Shown: in pieces, positions 43,964 through 53,111 of the stretch
How positions within the stretch are numbered: the stretch's first letter is position 1
Layout: every line of letters starts with the position of its first letter
IMG/VR virus record: IMGVR_UViG_3300030107_007542
Location: 129,779-193,778 of that record
Direction: 5' to 3' (one strand)
Origin: a virus
Length of the DNA: 64,000 nt
Made by a program: the position numbers and the translations under genes
The notes under the pieces: model-generated
What the model saw: only the letters and a program-made list of their open reading frames with translations
The model's database searches: none
What the model was told of the DNA's origin: nothing

Positions 43964-44125
43964 CTACATCCTTGTGCGCACTTCGTCAAGTGCTTTTTTA
44001 AAAATTAAACGTATAAATTTCTCCGAGGCTTTCAAATCTCGAATTCCTTCAACTTCCTGTAACATCTCAAGTACCACTTCAATGCTGTTTTCTTCCAAAT
44101 TTACATAAGTGCGTCTGGGTAGCAT
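43964..44125 (-). CDS. Hypothetical protein (53 aa)
   Basis: GGAGGAG RBS; manual translation MLPRRTYVNLEE... Confidence 0.5.
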   Translation of the reverse strand: MLPRRTYVNLEENSIEVVLEMLQEVEGIRDLKASEKFIRLIFKKALDEVRTRM

Positions 44126-44140
44126 GTTCTCCTCCTAGTT

Positions 44141-44226
44141 TGGTAGCGCGAGCGGGACTCGAACCCGCAAGGTCTAAGACCGGCAGATTTTAAGTCTGCT
44201 GTGTATACCGATTCCACCACCGCGCC
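44141..44226 (-). tRNA. trnL: tRNA-Leu(UAA)
   Basis: GCAGA-CT TAA AA-TCTGC, long variable arm, GGTTCGAG, encoded CCA. Confidence 0.95.
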
Positions 44227-44234
44227 GCTTGTTC

Positions 44235-44423
44235 TCATTTATTTCTGGGGTCTTTGCCTAATTGAATCTGATAAAATGCGTAGGCCGAAACACCAGCCGC
44301 GCACAACATTAGTCCAACAATTTCAATAAAATCTATCATCGTCTCTTCTTCATAGGCCGACACGATAGCCAAAAGGCCAATCCTATCGAGCCCACAATGC
44401 TCACAAAATATACTAAGTTCCAA
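44235..44423 (-). CDS. Hypothetical membrane protein (start uncertain)
   Basis: ORF track; hydrophobic C-terminal half. Confidence 0.4.
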   Translation of the reverse strand: MELSIFCEHCGLDRIGLLAIVSAYEEETMIDFIEIVGLMLCAAGVSAYAFYQIQLGKDPRNK

Positions 44424-44437
44424 ATCATAATTAAAGG

Positions 44438-44513
44438 TGGTGAGCCGTCAGGGACTCGAACCCTGAACCTAAAGATTAAAAGTCTTTTGCTCTGCCTGTT
44501 GAGCTAACGGCCC
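44438..44513 (-). tRNA. trnK: tRNA-Lys(UUU)
   Basis: GGGCCGT/ACGGCTC acceptor stem, AAAGA-CT TTT AA-TCTTT, encoded CCA. Confidence 0.95.
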
Positions 44514-44536
44514 TCTGAAACCTCCATCGTGCTTAT

Positions 44537-44565
44537 AGCATAGCACAGAAGTGGGGTGCTGTCAA
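44537..44565 (-). promoter_or_regulatory. sigma70-type promoter for the tRNA cluster
   Basis: TTGACA-17-TATGCT. Confidence 0.7.
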
Positions 44566-44801
44566 CGCCTTCCTTTCAAACCGCGAGTCAGCCACACAGG
44601 CCCCCACCCCAATAGCAGGATGAGCATAACAATACCAAAGCCCGTCTCGTATGTAACATACGCATCGAGCCGCAAGTCATTTACGACTTGGGTCATTACG
44701 ACACTATTGATAATCACATAAGCACCCATTGCGGCTAGTAAAACTAGGCACATAAATACGTCAATACAACGCATTAAAAATCTCTTCATTCGTTCATACA
44801 T
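44562..44801 (-). CDS. Hypothetical membrane protein
   Basis: Two hydrophobic helices. Confidence 0.55.
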   Translation of the reverse strand: MYERMKRFLMRCIDVFMCLVLLAAMGAYVIINSVVMTQVVNDLRLDAYVTYETGFGIVMLILLLGWGPVWLTRGLKGRR

Positions 44802-44818
44802 AATTTATTCCTTTTGCT

Positions 44819-45181
44819 CTACTGAGCATAATGTGTTTTAAGCCAGCGATTGATCATCCCCACCACATGATCGTAGCGAGGGTCATCGCCGGGGTCGTCT
44901 AACAAAAGCTCCCGCGCTTCTTCAATCACATGAATCTGCGGTAGGGGGATTGCCATGTCGAGCCTAAGTGCATCATTATGCACCGCAAAGTGCATAAAGG
45001 TTTCGCCGCGGCGACGTACATAACGATCAGAATTCTGCCACTCCCACTTATAGCCTAGATGCCAGAGAGTGTTCCAAATCTCTTCCCACTCTTCAATGGC
45101 CGCGGGACTCCAACTAAAATTTCGAAGCCCGGTTCGGTTCGGGTAAGGGTCCGCTACCATTTCTTCCAAAGTTGCTATCAC
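44819..45181 (-). CDS. Hypothetical protein
   Basis: ORF track. Confidence 0.55.
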   Translation of the reverse strand: MIATLEEMVADPYPNRTGLRNFSWSPAAIEEWEEIWNTLWHLGYKWEWQNSDRYVRRRGETFMHFAVHNDALRLDMAIPLPQIHVIEEARELLLDDPGDDPRYDHVVGMINRWLKTHYAQ

Positions 45182-45438
45182 TTTTTCCTCACAAGTTTAA
45201 TCTGGTTCTTTGTCATCTCGACCTGCCCATTTCCACGGCGGAAATAGTACGAATCCACACTTCCTGGCTTTTCAAACCAGTGAACCGTGAACCATGGTTG
45301 GGGATCCTCAAGATCACGGTATCGTCCGTACGCTTTTGTATCCATTGTGGGGCCTCTGACAATCATGCCAAAGCCCTTTCCATATTTGCTGCTCCGCGCC
45401 TCTACTAGAGCGCCCGGAATGTATCTAGCTCTTGCCAC
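45178..45438 (-). CDS. SH3-like protein
   Basis: YIPGALVEA...FGMIV...VHW. Confidence 0.65.
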   Translation of the reverse strand: MARARYIPGALVEARSSKYGKGFGMIVRGPTMDTKAYGRYRDLEDPQPWFTVHWFEKPGSVDSYYFRRGNGQVEMTKNQIKLVRKK

Positions 45439-45658
45439 TTATTGCCTCCATTGTAGCTACAGTATACCCTCCGAGTAGGACATTGTCAAGGTCTATTTCT
45501 CTTTCTTCTAATTCGCGCTCCAGGCGTAACTCTCGAAGGCGTTTCTTAGTATATTCCTCCACAAAGGGATCCAGAGTCTCCTTTTCAGGTTCTTCCCCGC
45601 GCAACTGTCGCATGCGCCGGCGTGTATATCTTTCTACATCTTTATCTAACTTTTTCAA
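45425..45658 (-). CDS. Hypothetical charged protein with an internal duplication
   Basis: VERYTRRRMRQL / VEEYTKKRLREL. Confidence 0.5.
   Translation of the reverse strand: MKKLDKDVERYTRRRMRQLRGEEPEKETLDPFVEEYTKKRLRELRLERELEEREIDLDNVLLGGYTVATMEAISGKS
45461..45489 (-). promoter_or_regulatory. sigma70-type promoter
   Basis: TTGACA-17-TATACT. Confidence 0.75.
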
Positions 45659-45863
45659 GGTAATCTCCGTGAAATTCTATGGTTCTTCCGAACCGGGTAA
45701 AATAAACATTATATCTATTGCCCGCAATCTTATCATCAGCATAGGTAGGATAATCCTCTTCCGGAATATGCTTCCCCACACCTGTTACAACCCCCAAACC
45801 GTAGGTGTACTCTCCATTGTTTAATTTGTCGCGGACTAAGTCTCCAACTTTTAAATCTTTCAT
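45642..45863 (-). CDS. SH3/KOW-like microprotein
   Basis: LKVGDLVRD...LGVVT...VYF. Confidence 0.7.
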   Translation of the reverse strand: MKDLKVGDLVRDKLNNGEYTYGLGVVTGVGKHIPEEDYPTYADDKIAGNRYNVYFTRFGRTIEFHGDYLEKVR

Positions 45864-46333
45864 TATCTTTTTACTACCATCACATCAGGCGCTCTACGAG
45901 GCCTCTTACCACGTTTAGTGGTCTTCTGCTTCTTACTCCCTTCTGCCCGACGCAAACAGCGCCCACAGGCAATGTGGCCCTTGGTAGGGCCTTTTCCTTG
46001 TCTAAGGAATGCTGGCGTGTACGCACAGTATTCACAGGTCAGCCTTGACTGTTCGGTCGCAGCCGTAACGATATCAGCGATGGGCGGTGTAATATTGCGG
46101 ACCTCAACATGTAGCGTGCCGTCTTCGTGTCGCGAAACCAGCGAAATTGCTGGGGCGTGTTCCCCGTTGGCCGAGATCTTAGCAATCTTTTTAGACATTT
46201 CATAAATTATCTTATACCATCCATCCTCACACTGAAATCCCCACGGCATATGTGAACTCTCCAGCGGTGCTGTTCGTTCGCGATATAGGTGAGGAAACTT
46301 TTCATAAAGTTCATTCGTTTTATGACTATCCAT
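45863..46333 (-). CDS. Conserved phage protein with a Cys ribbon
   Basis: GFQCEDGW..II; CEYC...CGRC. Confidence 0.6.
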   Translation of the reverse strand: MDSHKTNELYEKFPHLYRERTAPLESSHMPWGFQCEDGWYKIIYEMSKKIAKISANGEHAPAISLVSRHEDGTLHVEVRNITPPIADIVTAATEQSRLTCEYCAYTPAFLRQGKGPTKGHIACGRCLRRAEGSKKQKTTKRGKRPRRAPDVMVVKR

Positions 46334-46354
46334 AACATAGCCTCCTACTCTCTT

Positions 46355-46383
46355 AGTGTAACAGAGTGTCAAGGCTGTGTCAA
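46355..46383 (-). promoter_or_regulatory. sigma70-type promoter
   Basis: TTGACA-17-TACACT. Confidence 0.5.
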
Positions 46384-46387
46384 GGAT

Positions 46388-46621
46388 TTATCGTGCTCTG
46401 CTGGAAAAATAACCGTGCTTGATGGCCGCTTCCTCAGTGGCAAAGCAAGACTCGGCTTTGGTGCGATGATAATAGGGCGTGCCCGGAAGGTGATAACGAT
46501 AGGAGTCAGCATTCCCTTTAATGGGAAACTCCTCTGGGCACTCGCCATTGTTGTAGGCGAAGCGCATGTGGACGCAGCCGCTCACCATGAGCGCCGCGAT
46601 TACTAAAATAATATTTCTCAA
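46388..46621 (-). CDS. Lipoprotein with an Ada metal-binding/'sunset'-like domain
   Basis: Lipobox VSGC; IKGN...YHLPG..YY..TKAESCFATEE. Confidence 0.7.
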   Translation of the reverse strand: MRNIILVIAALMVSGCVHMRFAYNNGECPEEFPIKGNADSYRYHLPGTPYYHRTKAESCFATEEAAIKHGYFSSRAR

Positions 46622-46827
46622 TTCTTTCTACTTTCTACGGAATTTACAAGTTCAAAAGCCTCGTCAGGAAAAGTAAAAGCCTTACCTTCAACAACCGCCG
46701 ACACAGCAGTATACTTTACTCCTGACTGATCATGGGTGAGGGATTTTATCTCGGTCACTATGCCAAGAGGCTTTCCCAGCCAATCGTTTCCTTTAATTCT
46801 TACTAGATCTCCGACTTTTATTTCCAT
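46618..46827 (-). CDS. SH3/KOW-like microprotein
   Basis: IKVGDLVRI...LGIVT. Confidence 0.7.
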   Translation of the reverse strand: MEIKVGDLVRIKGNDWLGKPLGIVTEIKSLTHDQSGVKYTAVSAVVEGKAFTFPDEAFELVNSVESRKN

Positions 46828-47015
46828 TCTGCAAGTGTGGGGACCGCATGGATCCGGTGAATTCTGTCGTCTGAGATTTCGTGTGCTTCCATCCAGCGAG
46901 TCTTGGCATCTTCGGAATCAATACCCGTCATATAACCAAGAAGCTGGGAACGCCAATCGTCTTCTCTTTTTTCGTATATTTCAAAATCTACTTCGTAATC
47001 GCCATGAAAAACCAT
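46818..47015 (-). CDS. Hypothetical protein
   Basis: ORF track. Confidence 0.5.
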   Translation of the reverse strand: MVFHGDYEVDFEIYEKREDDWRSQLLGYMTGIDSEDAKTRWMEAHEISDDRIHRIHAVPTLAEWK

Positions 47016-47038
47016 GCTGATCTCCCTACTATCCTCCT

Positions 47039-47067
47039 ACTATAACACGACACCCGAGCAGTGTCAA
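47039..47067 (-). promoter_or_regulatory. sigma70-type promoter with extended -10
   Basis: TTGACA-17-(TG.)TATAGT. Confidence 0.7.
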
Positions 47068-47075
47068 GAGTTTTT

Positions 47076-48779
47076 TTATATCAAGCCCGCTAGGCGCCTG
47101 AACCTTTCGGCGAGGGAGCCAGCGTAGCCTCGGGACCCTTGAGGGCCGAACATGAAGAGGCCCACATCAGCCACCACTAAGTCGCCATTATCGCGCATCA
47201 TCACGTTGTTAGCATGCACATCGCCGTACTGTGCGTCCCACTTCTCTAGTTTTTTCAACCGATTATAAAAATTCTTTCCTACTCTCGTTTGAAGCTCGCT
47301 GGGGGGGATGATCGCAGAGCGTAGGCCGGGCGACTTGGCAATCGCTTCCGGATCATATTGAGGCAATCGCGCATTGGCTGCCATTTTGGCCGGAAGCGCC
47401 CAGCCCGCAGAGGACTCCAGTTGTCCCACCAAATTTTCATCCTCAATATACTTCGCGAAAATCCGAGAGATTTGAGTAGCTAAAATCTGGTGAATATCTT
47501 TCAGTGCAAAGAAGTGGTTTTCGGCTGGGGCATCAAGATAGGCCTTACGCAACTTAGGTAGAACCTTGTCGATCTCGCGAAAAGGAGGAAATGCTCGCTC
47601 GTCCTTAAGAGGGAGAGATCCTCGACTTTGAGCCTCATCAAGCGGCTCGACGGCTGTCGAGGGAAGATCCTCAGGAAGTCCTTCGGGTTCGATAGCCGCA
47701 AGCACCTTTTCCCAACGCATCTCCCCCATTAGGCTTTCTAAAGAAGAATAAATATTTTCAATGGTAAGATACTCATCTACAAATCTCTTGCGTACTTCAG
47801 GGGGATACTCGTCCATGGGTGCGGGCCCAAAAATATCCGAACGGATATTGGGATCGAGCTTCTCCAGGCGCTCCATCTGTATTACAAATACTTTATAGAC
47901 CTGACCGGATTCCTTCTCGATGAACCGGCCCGGACGGATTTCTCCTTCGGGGCCGATAGGTGGAGAGCGCAAGGTGCGTACATCCAAAATAGTGGGAAGA
48001 ACATTCCCCGCAGCCGGGTCGCGTGACTCTAAGCCATCTTTAAGTCTCTTAATATTGCGGTAAGCATTGACTTCTTGTCCAGAGAGCGTAAGTTTTACGG
48101 CGACCGGACCATATTCAGGGTTCTCCCCAGGATAAACTATTCCAAATTCTCCTGAGCCTAATGGAGTATCGTCAATGGAAATATCACTTTGTTCAGCGTA
48201 GTCCTGTAGAAGCTTATCGCGAACATCGGTATCAAAATCCACTATCGAAATACGCTTAGGATCTCCGAGTTGACGATGGGTTGCCTGTTTAGGGATCATG
48301 GCATCTTCGGCGCCTCGGGCGGCTAGCTGTTCCGGTGAGCGGGCGATGGTTTTATCAGGATCAACATCGGCCGCGGCAGTTTTAGTAACCATTTCATCAT
48401 CGCCAAAAAACTTTTCTACGGCACCTCGGTCTCGGTCGCGTTTCTGTTTACGCTCCCATTCCCCTGGCTTCATGGCAACCGTGCCCCCTCGGGCTGCATC
48501 TGCAGCTGCCAGATTCTTCTGATAGCGCTTCCACTGAGCATCGGGGTCGCGTACGTTCTTCGCTCTCTTACGGGGGCGCGGTGGCTGCTGTGGCTCGGCG
48601 GTTTTGGTGTCTGGTTCCGTCAGGCCAGCGTCTGTCCCAAAAAAATCTTTCTCTAACTCTCGCGATCGGGCGCGCTTCTTGCGCCGCCGCTGCTGATACA
48701 TGTCGATAGTGTCGGCTTCCCGAATTTGTTTCAGTTCTTCCCTAAGAATCTGTCGAAGTTTCGCTCTGCGTATTTTCAT
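47076..48779 (-). CDS. Protein-kinase-like fold protein with a large insertion
   Basis: LGSGEFGIVY, VAVKL, QEVNAY, IQMERL, YGDVHANNVM, VVADVG; GAGGAG RBS before MKIRRAK. Confidence 0.8.
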   Translation of the reverse strand: MKIRRAKLRQILREELKQIREADTIDMYQQRRRKKRARSRELEKDFFGTDAGLTEPDTKTAEPQQPPRPRKRAKNVRDPDAQWKRYQKNLAAADAARGGTVAMKPGEWERKQKRDRDRGAVEKFFGDDEMVTKTAAADVDPDKTIARSPEQLAARGAEDAMIPKQATHRQLGDPKRISIVDFDTDVRDKLLQDYAEQSDISIDDTPLGSGEFGIVYPGENPEYGPVAVKLTLSGQEVNAYRNIKRLKDGLESRDPAAGNVLPTILDVRTLRSPPIGPEGEIRPGRFIEKESGQVYKVFVIQMERLEKLDPNIRSDIFGPAPMDEYPPEVRKRFVDEYLTIENIYSSLESLMGEMRWEKVLAAIEPEGLPEDLPSTAVEPLDEAQSRGSLPLKDERAFPPFREIDKVLPKLRKAYLDAPAENHFFALKDIHQILATQISRIFAKYIEDENLVGQLESSAGWALPAKMAANARLPQYDPEAIAKSPGLRSAIIPPSELQTRVGKNFYNRLKKLEKWDAQYGDVHANNVMMRDNGDLVVADVGLFMFGPQGSRGYAGSLAERFRRLAGLI

Positions 48780-49125
48780 CGTCGCGGTTCTCCTCCTCTG
48801 TAAATAGTCCAAATAACTCTTGTTCTCCGTCGTCATAGGTAATGATGGTACGATTAGACGGGTGAGGTTTGATGTGGACTTTGATGAAATCATTCATGGA
48901 ATCAAAGATAGCTATGCCGCCGCGAGGTGGGGGGTATAACCAGTGAACGACACACTGCCCCGTAGCCAGAGTTACTCCTTCGATAACAACTCCCTCGCCC
49001 GACACACCCGTTTCGTCATACTGCCGTGCAACCGTAAAGGTACGAATTCCCTCCGGAGCAAGGCGCGGGGGCTTCTTTGGTTTCAGTTCTTGTACAGGCT
49101 CTTCTTTTGGTTCTTCGTTATCCAT
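48742..49125 (-). CDS. Conserved phage hypothetical protein
   Basis: R..DETGVSGEGVVIEGV motif. Confidence 0.6.
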   Translation of the reverse strand: MDNEEPKEEPVQELKPKKPPRLAPEGIRTFTVARQYDETGVSGEGVVIEGVTLATGQCVVHWLYPPPRGGIAIFDSMNDFIKVHIKPHPSNRTIITYDDGEQELFGLFTEEENRDDENTQSETSTDS

Positions 49126-49528
49126 GCTTAGATGCTCCCCGACAAATCTCTACGACATTGGGTGCCAGATCATATTGGGATAGGTCTGCGTCTGGAACCC
49201 AGGCCCACTCACTATGCTCATGATCAATGTCAACCTCCCCCTCATAAGCTCCGGCTAAAAATGCTTGCACCAAATCAAATCTGCCTAGGTCTTTAATATC
49301 TAGCACATCCAAGCTTGTCTCTTCCTTCGTCTCGCGAACTGCTGCTTGCAAAGGCGTTTCTCCTTCTTCTATCTTCCCTCCGGGGAAGCCCCATTTTTCC
49401 GGGGCAAACCGGGACTCCGGTGCCCTCTTAAGCAAAAGAATGCTTCCGTCGTCGTTGCGTACGACTACCACTGCTCCTCGTAACATAGTACCTCTCTTAA
49501 TCTTTATCTTTATCATCGGAGGATTCAT
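49118..49528 (-). CDS. Nudix hydrolase
   Basis: GGKIEEGETPLQAAVRETKEETSL Nudix box. Confidence 0.92.
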   Translation of the reverse strand: MNPPMIKIKIKRGTMLRGAVVVVRNDDGSILLLKRAPESRFAPEKWGFPGGKIEEGETPLQAAVRETKEETSLDVLDIKDLGRFDLVQAFLAGAYEGEVDIDHEHSEWAWVPDADLSQYDLAPNVVEICRGASKHG

Positions 49529-50834
49529 CCAAGCTCAACACCGCATCGTAGGCCCCCGTGAAAGCTGTGAAAAGCTTTTCTATGTGGCCGGAGCGGCGTA
49601 GCATTTTAAAGGCGAGATTCTCAGGAGCAAAAAGACCTGTCCGTGCAAGTCCTGCACGACGCATCTTCTTTATCTTATCCTTGAGAATTTGGGCTCGGTT
49701 CAATACCTCCTCATACATACTATTATTATACAAAGAGGAGATTTTGTCAATCTCTCTTTCTAATTCTCTTGCTTTTTTTCGAGCAGTACCCTTATCTATA
49801 CGAGGCTCTACGCGCTTGGGCTTAACGATCCACTCATCTTTTAATATAGAGTAAACCCCGGTGGAGATATGAGGTTCCCCCTCAGCTTGCACATAGATCT
49901 CTACCTCATGATTCTTTACTTTGATATCGTGTAGCTTATTCCAATTCGACTTAACAGCATCAAAAAACTTACGCACCAGCGATGTGTTGTCACTAATATC
50001 AGCGAAATCTACAATAAGGTGCATGTCGATATCGGAAAACTTTGACCAATTATAGTTCGCCAAAGAACCAGTAAAGGTGATGTCCTTAACATCTTCTTCC
50101 AGCTCTGTCTCGTCAATAAACTGTTGAGCAATGTCCAATAAAGCCTCGCGCACATCGGGGTGAAGTTTGGTATCCCCTTCCCAGATCTGTTGATTTAGCT
50201 CGTCCTGAATATCAAAGGCCAGCATCCTATCAAGGTGGGGCTTGAGACGAATTGTAATCTCTTCTTCGAGGCCGCCGACTGCGCCCGGTGGGGCGCTCTC
50301 CCAATCGGGGTCATCGTTATTAGACTGATTGAAGGGGGCACCTCCTTTCCCTTTCTTCTTCCCTGACTTGGTGGTGAGTGCGGCGGTGTCAGACTTTAAC
50401 TCTTTCTTGTGTGCGTCAGATTGATAATAATCGCCCTCAGTAATACTCAGAGTACCATGGAAGGGCGTACGCCGGGGCTTTGGTTTGCGCTCCTGGTAGC
50501 GAAGTACACTCACACCTTTAAGCCCATCTATTTGGTTGACGAGGGCCTTCATCATGATTTTTTTATTAACATTCTTGGGAAGCCGTACGTGTAGTTTCAA
50601 AGAAGTAAGGTACTTGGTACCAATGTCTCTCTGTATACCACCCTTCTCCGGCTCGATCAACGTAACCGTCAAGACTTCGGGAAATGCACGGATGTCGTTT
50701 TTGGTTTCGTCGCGAGAACCGCCCTTATCCTTAAGCATGGAAATAAGAACAGTAAAGTAAAAGGTCTCCTGATAATAGGCAGGATCAGCCGCCTCTTGCA
50801 AGAAAGCGTCGAAGGAGTGTAAATAGTTCTTCAT
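49497..50834 (-). CDS. Pol-beta-superfamily nucleotidyltransferase with an extra N-terminal domain
   Basis: TGSLANYNWSKFSDIDMH (GS...DxD), EVEIYVQ, ENLAFKMLRR. Confidence 0.75.
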   Translation of the reverse strand: MKNYLHSFDAFLQEAADPAYYQETFYFTVLISMLKDKGGSRDETKNDIRAFPEVLTVTLIEPEKGGIQRDIGTKYLTSLKLHVRLPKNVNKKIMMKALVNQIDGLKGVSVLRYQERKPKPRRTPFHGTLSITEGDYYQSDAHKKELKSDTAALTTKSGKKKGKGGAPFNQSNNDDPDWESAPPGAVGGLEEEITIRLKPHLDRMLAFDIQDELNQQIWEGDTKLHPDVREALLDIAQQFIDETELEEDVKDITFTGSLANYNWSKFSDIDMHLIVDFADISDNTSLVRKFFDAVKSNWNKLHDIKVKNHEVEIYVQAEGEPHISTGVYSILKDEWIVKPKRVEPRIDKGTARKKARELEREIDKISSLYNNSMYEEVLNRAQILKDKIKKMRRAGLARTGLFAPENLAFKMLRRSGHIEKLFTAFTGAYDAVLSLDESSDDKDKD

Positions 50835-51575
50835 CTAAGTAAATAGTTCGCTATGCTCAATAAGGGCGCGTGTTTCCTCATAACTATGAACCTGGTACCA
50901 CTCACTTCCCTCAATGGGGTCCAGGCGCTGGGCGAGAGGCCAATCATTTCCGCCCGGAACATTACGGTCCCCCACAAAAATCATCTCCACATCATCTCCA
51001 TGCATCTCTTGAATTTTTTCTACAACTTGCGCCTTATTTTTGCCAACAGGATAAATGTCAACTGAGATTTGCCCTCCTATCGAGACTTCAAATTCTGGAT
51101 ACAGGTTTGTTATATACTCCACAATATCTTCTCTTTCGAGCGCATCCCTATCCCACCTATAATAAGCCTCGCGGAGATTAGGCGAAGCCTCACGGCCGAC
51201 AGTACTAAAATTAACCATGCCGGGGCGGATCTCAATGTGCGTGCCTGTCTTGCGGCGCCAGGTGGTGCCCTCCTGTAAGTAAAGGTTTAGGTCCTCAATA
51301 AATCCCTCGGGTAACTCCAGCTTGTTTTCATATATCTTGCGCCCTTTACTAAAGAATTGGTTTCCCGAGCAGGTAAAGATACCCTCACACTGATCAATGA
51401 AAGCCTTGAATACTTGCTTTGTTGTTTTCTCAATATTGGATCCCGTCACAAGATATACTTTTTTCTTCTTTTCGTGAATCCACGTCAAGAACACATCAGC
51501 AAACTCCTCATCGATTTCAGCTAAGGGATGGGTGAGGGTTCCGTCAACATCAAAAAGATAAACTCGGTCAGGCAT
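50835..51575 (-). CDS. Phosphomannomutase, eukaryotic-type HAD
   Basis: LFDVDGTLT, VTGS, EIRPGMVNFS..GR, GGQISVD, GDR...GGND. Confidence 0.88.
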   Translation of the reverse strand: MPDRVYLFDVDGTLTHPLAEIDEEFADVFLTWIHEKKKKVYLVTGSNIEKTTKQVFKAFIDQCEGIFTCSGNQFFSKGRKIYENKLELPEGFIEDLNLYLQEGTTWRRKTGTHIEIRPGMVNFSTVGREASPNLREAYYRWDRDALEREDIVEYITNLYPEFEVSIGGQISVDIYPVGKNKAQVVEKIQEMHGDDVEMIFVGDRNVPGGNDWPLAQRLDPIEGSEWYQVHSYEETRALIEHSELFT

Positions 51576-51834
51576 CGCCTTGAGTTTTCATCCGGCGAAG
51601 CATCATGTCTGAAATCTCCGTCTGGAATTCCTCTGCTGAACCGACGAACACTTCGTCCATTTCTTTTTGTTCATCTAGGAACTGCCACAACGACTCATTC
51701 TCGTCTGCTAGCTTTTCGAATCTTTCTAGTTTTTTATCGATTTCAGCCAATCTGGCTTCAATATCGAGCACTCGCTTACATACGGTTTCGAATAATCGTG
51801 CCGCGTGGAGTGCCTTCTGGATTAAAGAGAACAT
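51568..51834 (-). CDS. Hypothetical coiled-coil protein
   Basis: ORF track. Confidence 0.55.
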   Translation of the reverse strand: MFSLIQKALHAARLFETVCKRVLDIEARLAEIDKKLERFEKLADENESLWQFLDEQKEMDEVFVGSAEEFQTEISDMMLRRMKTQGDA

Positions 51835-52045
51835 TTATCAACTCCTGTCTAGTAATTATACCTGACTTCCGGTTGTAGATTAATTCTAATAATCTTTTTT
51901 GTGCATCTAATGTAAGCGGGAAGGGTGAATCCATGTAAATATCGGGCGACACCTCCGTCATCTCAATTGCGCGGGCCTCCGGAACGTCCGTCGCATTTGT
52001 ATTCCATTTATCTTTCAAAACAATTACCTCTTTTTTCGTACTCAT
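51776..52045 (-). CDS. Hypothetical protein
   Basis: ORF track; overlaps the next gene by about 60 nt. Confidence 0.4.
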   Translation of the reverse strand: MSTKKEVIVLKDKWNTNATDVPEARAIEMTEVSPDIYMDSPFPLTLDAQKRLLELIYNRKSGIITRQELINVLFNPEGTPRGTIIRNRM

Positions 52046-52051
52046 AAATAG

Positions 52052-53107
52052 TTAGCTCCCTGCTGAATCGTCATCGTCTCCAGCACTGTCGTCGTCATCA
52101 CCCTCAGGGTGATCTATCACATAGCCGATCTCTACAAGTGATCCCTCAGGGGGAATAGTAGTGAATTCTACACTATTGGTGACAGGGTTGTAAGTCCAAT
52201 CATGAAACTCCACAAAATCTACAAAAACAATCAACGTGTCCACAAGAGGTGCGTAGGTTAGCGGCCACTCTGTGTGGGGTTGAGCTTGAGCAGTTGCGGC
52301 TTGAACTCCGGGGGCCCAGTCTTCGGAGCAGATATCTACCACCACGCCTCCAAAAGCATTTGTGGCATCCCTATAACGATCTCCCACATACAAGGCCGGA
52401 ACACCCCAGCTGCAGTCGTTCTGCGTTTCATGAATGTTGATAATGCTCGCCAAGAAAACCGAATTCCGCTGGTTACCGTACCAGTTGATGAAATCTTGGA
52501 GGCCGCTGGGGGTAGAAGTAAAATCTCGGCTGCTTTGCTCGTCTTCGTCGCTCACGAAAACAACTAGCAGGCCAGCGTCTTGTCGAAGCCACGATTGATT
52601 ATAAGTATTCTCGACAAGGTAGGCGTAAAGCGCATCGAAGCCGGCCTCTAGACCATTGTTCCCTATATTATTATAAGCATCCCAGGCATCCTGGACACCA
52701 TCCCCAGGAACAAGGGGAAATTCTTGCGTTGCGGCTGCATCTGACCACGCGGTGGTCGTGATTCCCAAGCGCCAGCCAGCAGGGGGAAGGGCCAACATCA
52801 TTTGCTCAATCCCTGCTATGACGGCAGGATCGTGCTGCCACATCGAACCCGAGCGATCAATAAGCCACACAATATCAATGCCGTCCATCGTGAAGGGCTG
52901 CTCGAACGAATCAATCCAAACGTCACCTCCGTCGCCAGGGACCTCGACGGGAACTTCTACCGGGACCTCAACTGGGACCTCAACAATAACTTCAGTGGGA
53001 ACTTCTACATAAACAACTTCAGGAGGATGCATATCATAAATCGTATAATCACCCTCGCATCCTACCATCACTCCAAATAATAAAAGAAAGGCTAAGTAAC
53101 GTTTCAT
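52052..53107 (-). CDS. VWA-domain lipoprotein
   Basis: Lipobox MVGC; VEVP repeats; IDRSGSM; VFVSDEDEQS; DICSEDW; DDDDSAG x2 tail. Confidence 0.85.
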   Translation of the reverse strand: MKRYLAFLLLFGVMVGCEGDYTIYDMHPPEVVYVEVPTEVIVEVPVEVPVEVPVEVPGDGGDVWIDSFEQPFTMDGIDIVWLIDRSGSMWQHDPAVIAGIEQMMLALPPAGWRLGITTTAWSDAAATQEFPLVPGDGVQDAWDAYNNIGNNGLEAGFDALYAYLVENTYNQSWLRQDAGLLVVFVSDEDEQSSRDFTSTPSGLQDFINWYGNQRNSVFLASIINIHETQNDCSWGVPALYVGDRYRDATNAFGGVVVDICSEDWAPGVQAATAQAQPHTEWPLTYAPLVDTLIVFVDFVEFHDWTYNPVTNSVEFTTIPPEGSLVEIGYVIDHPEGDDDDSAGDDDDSAGS

Positions 53108-53111
53108 GACT

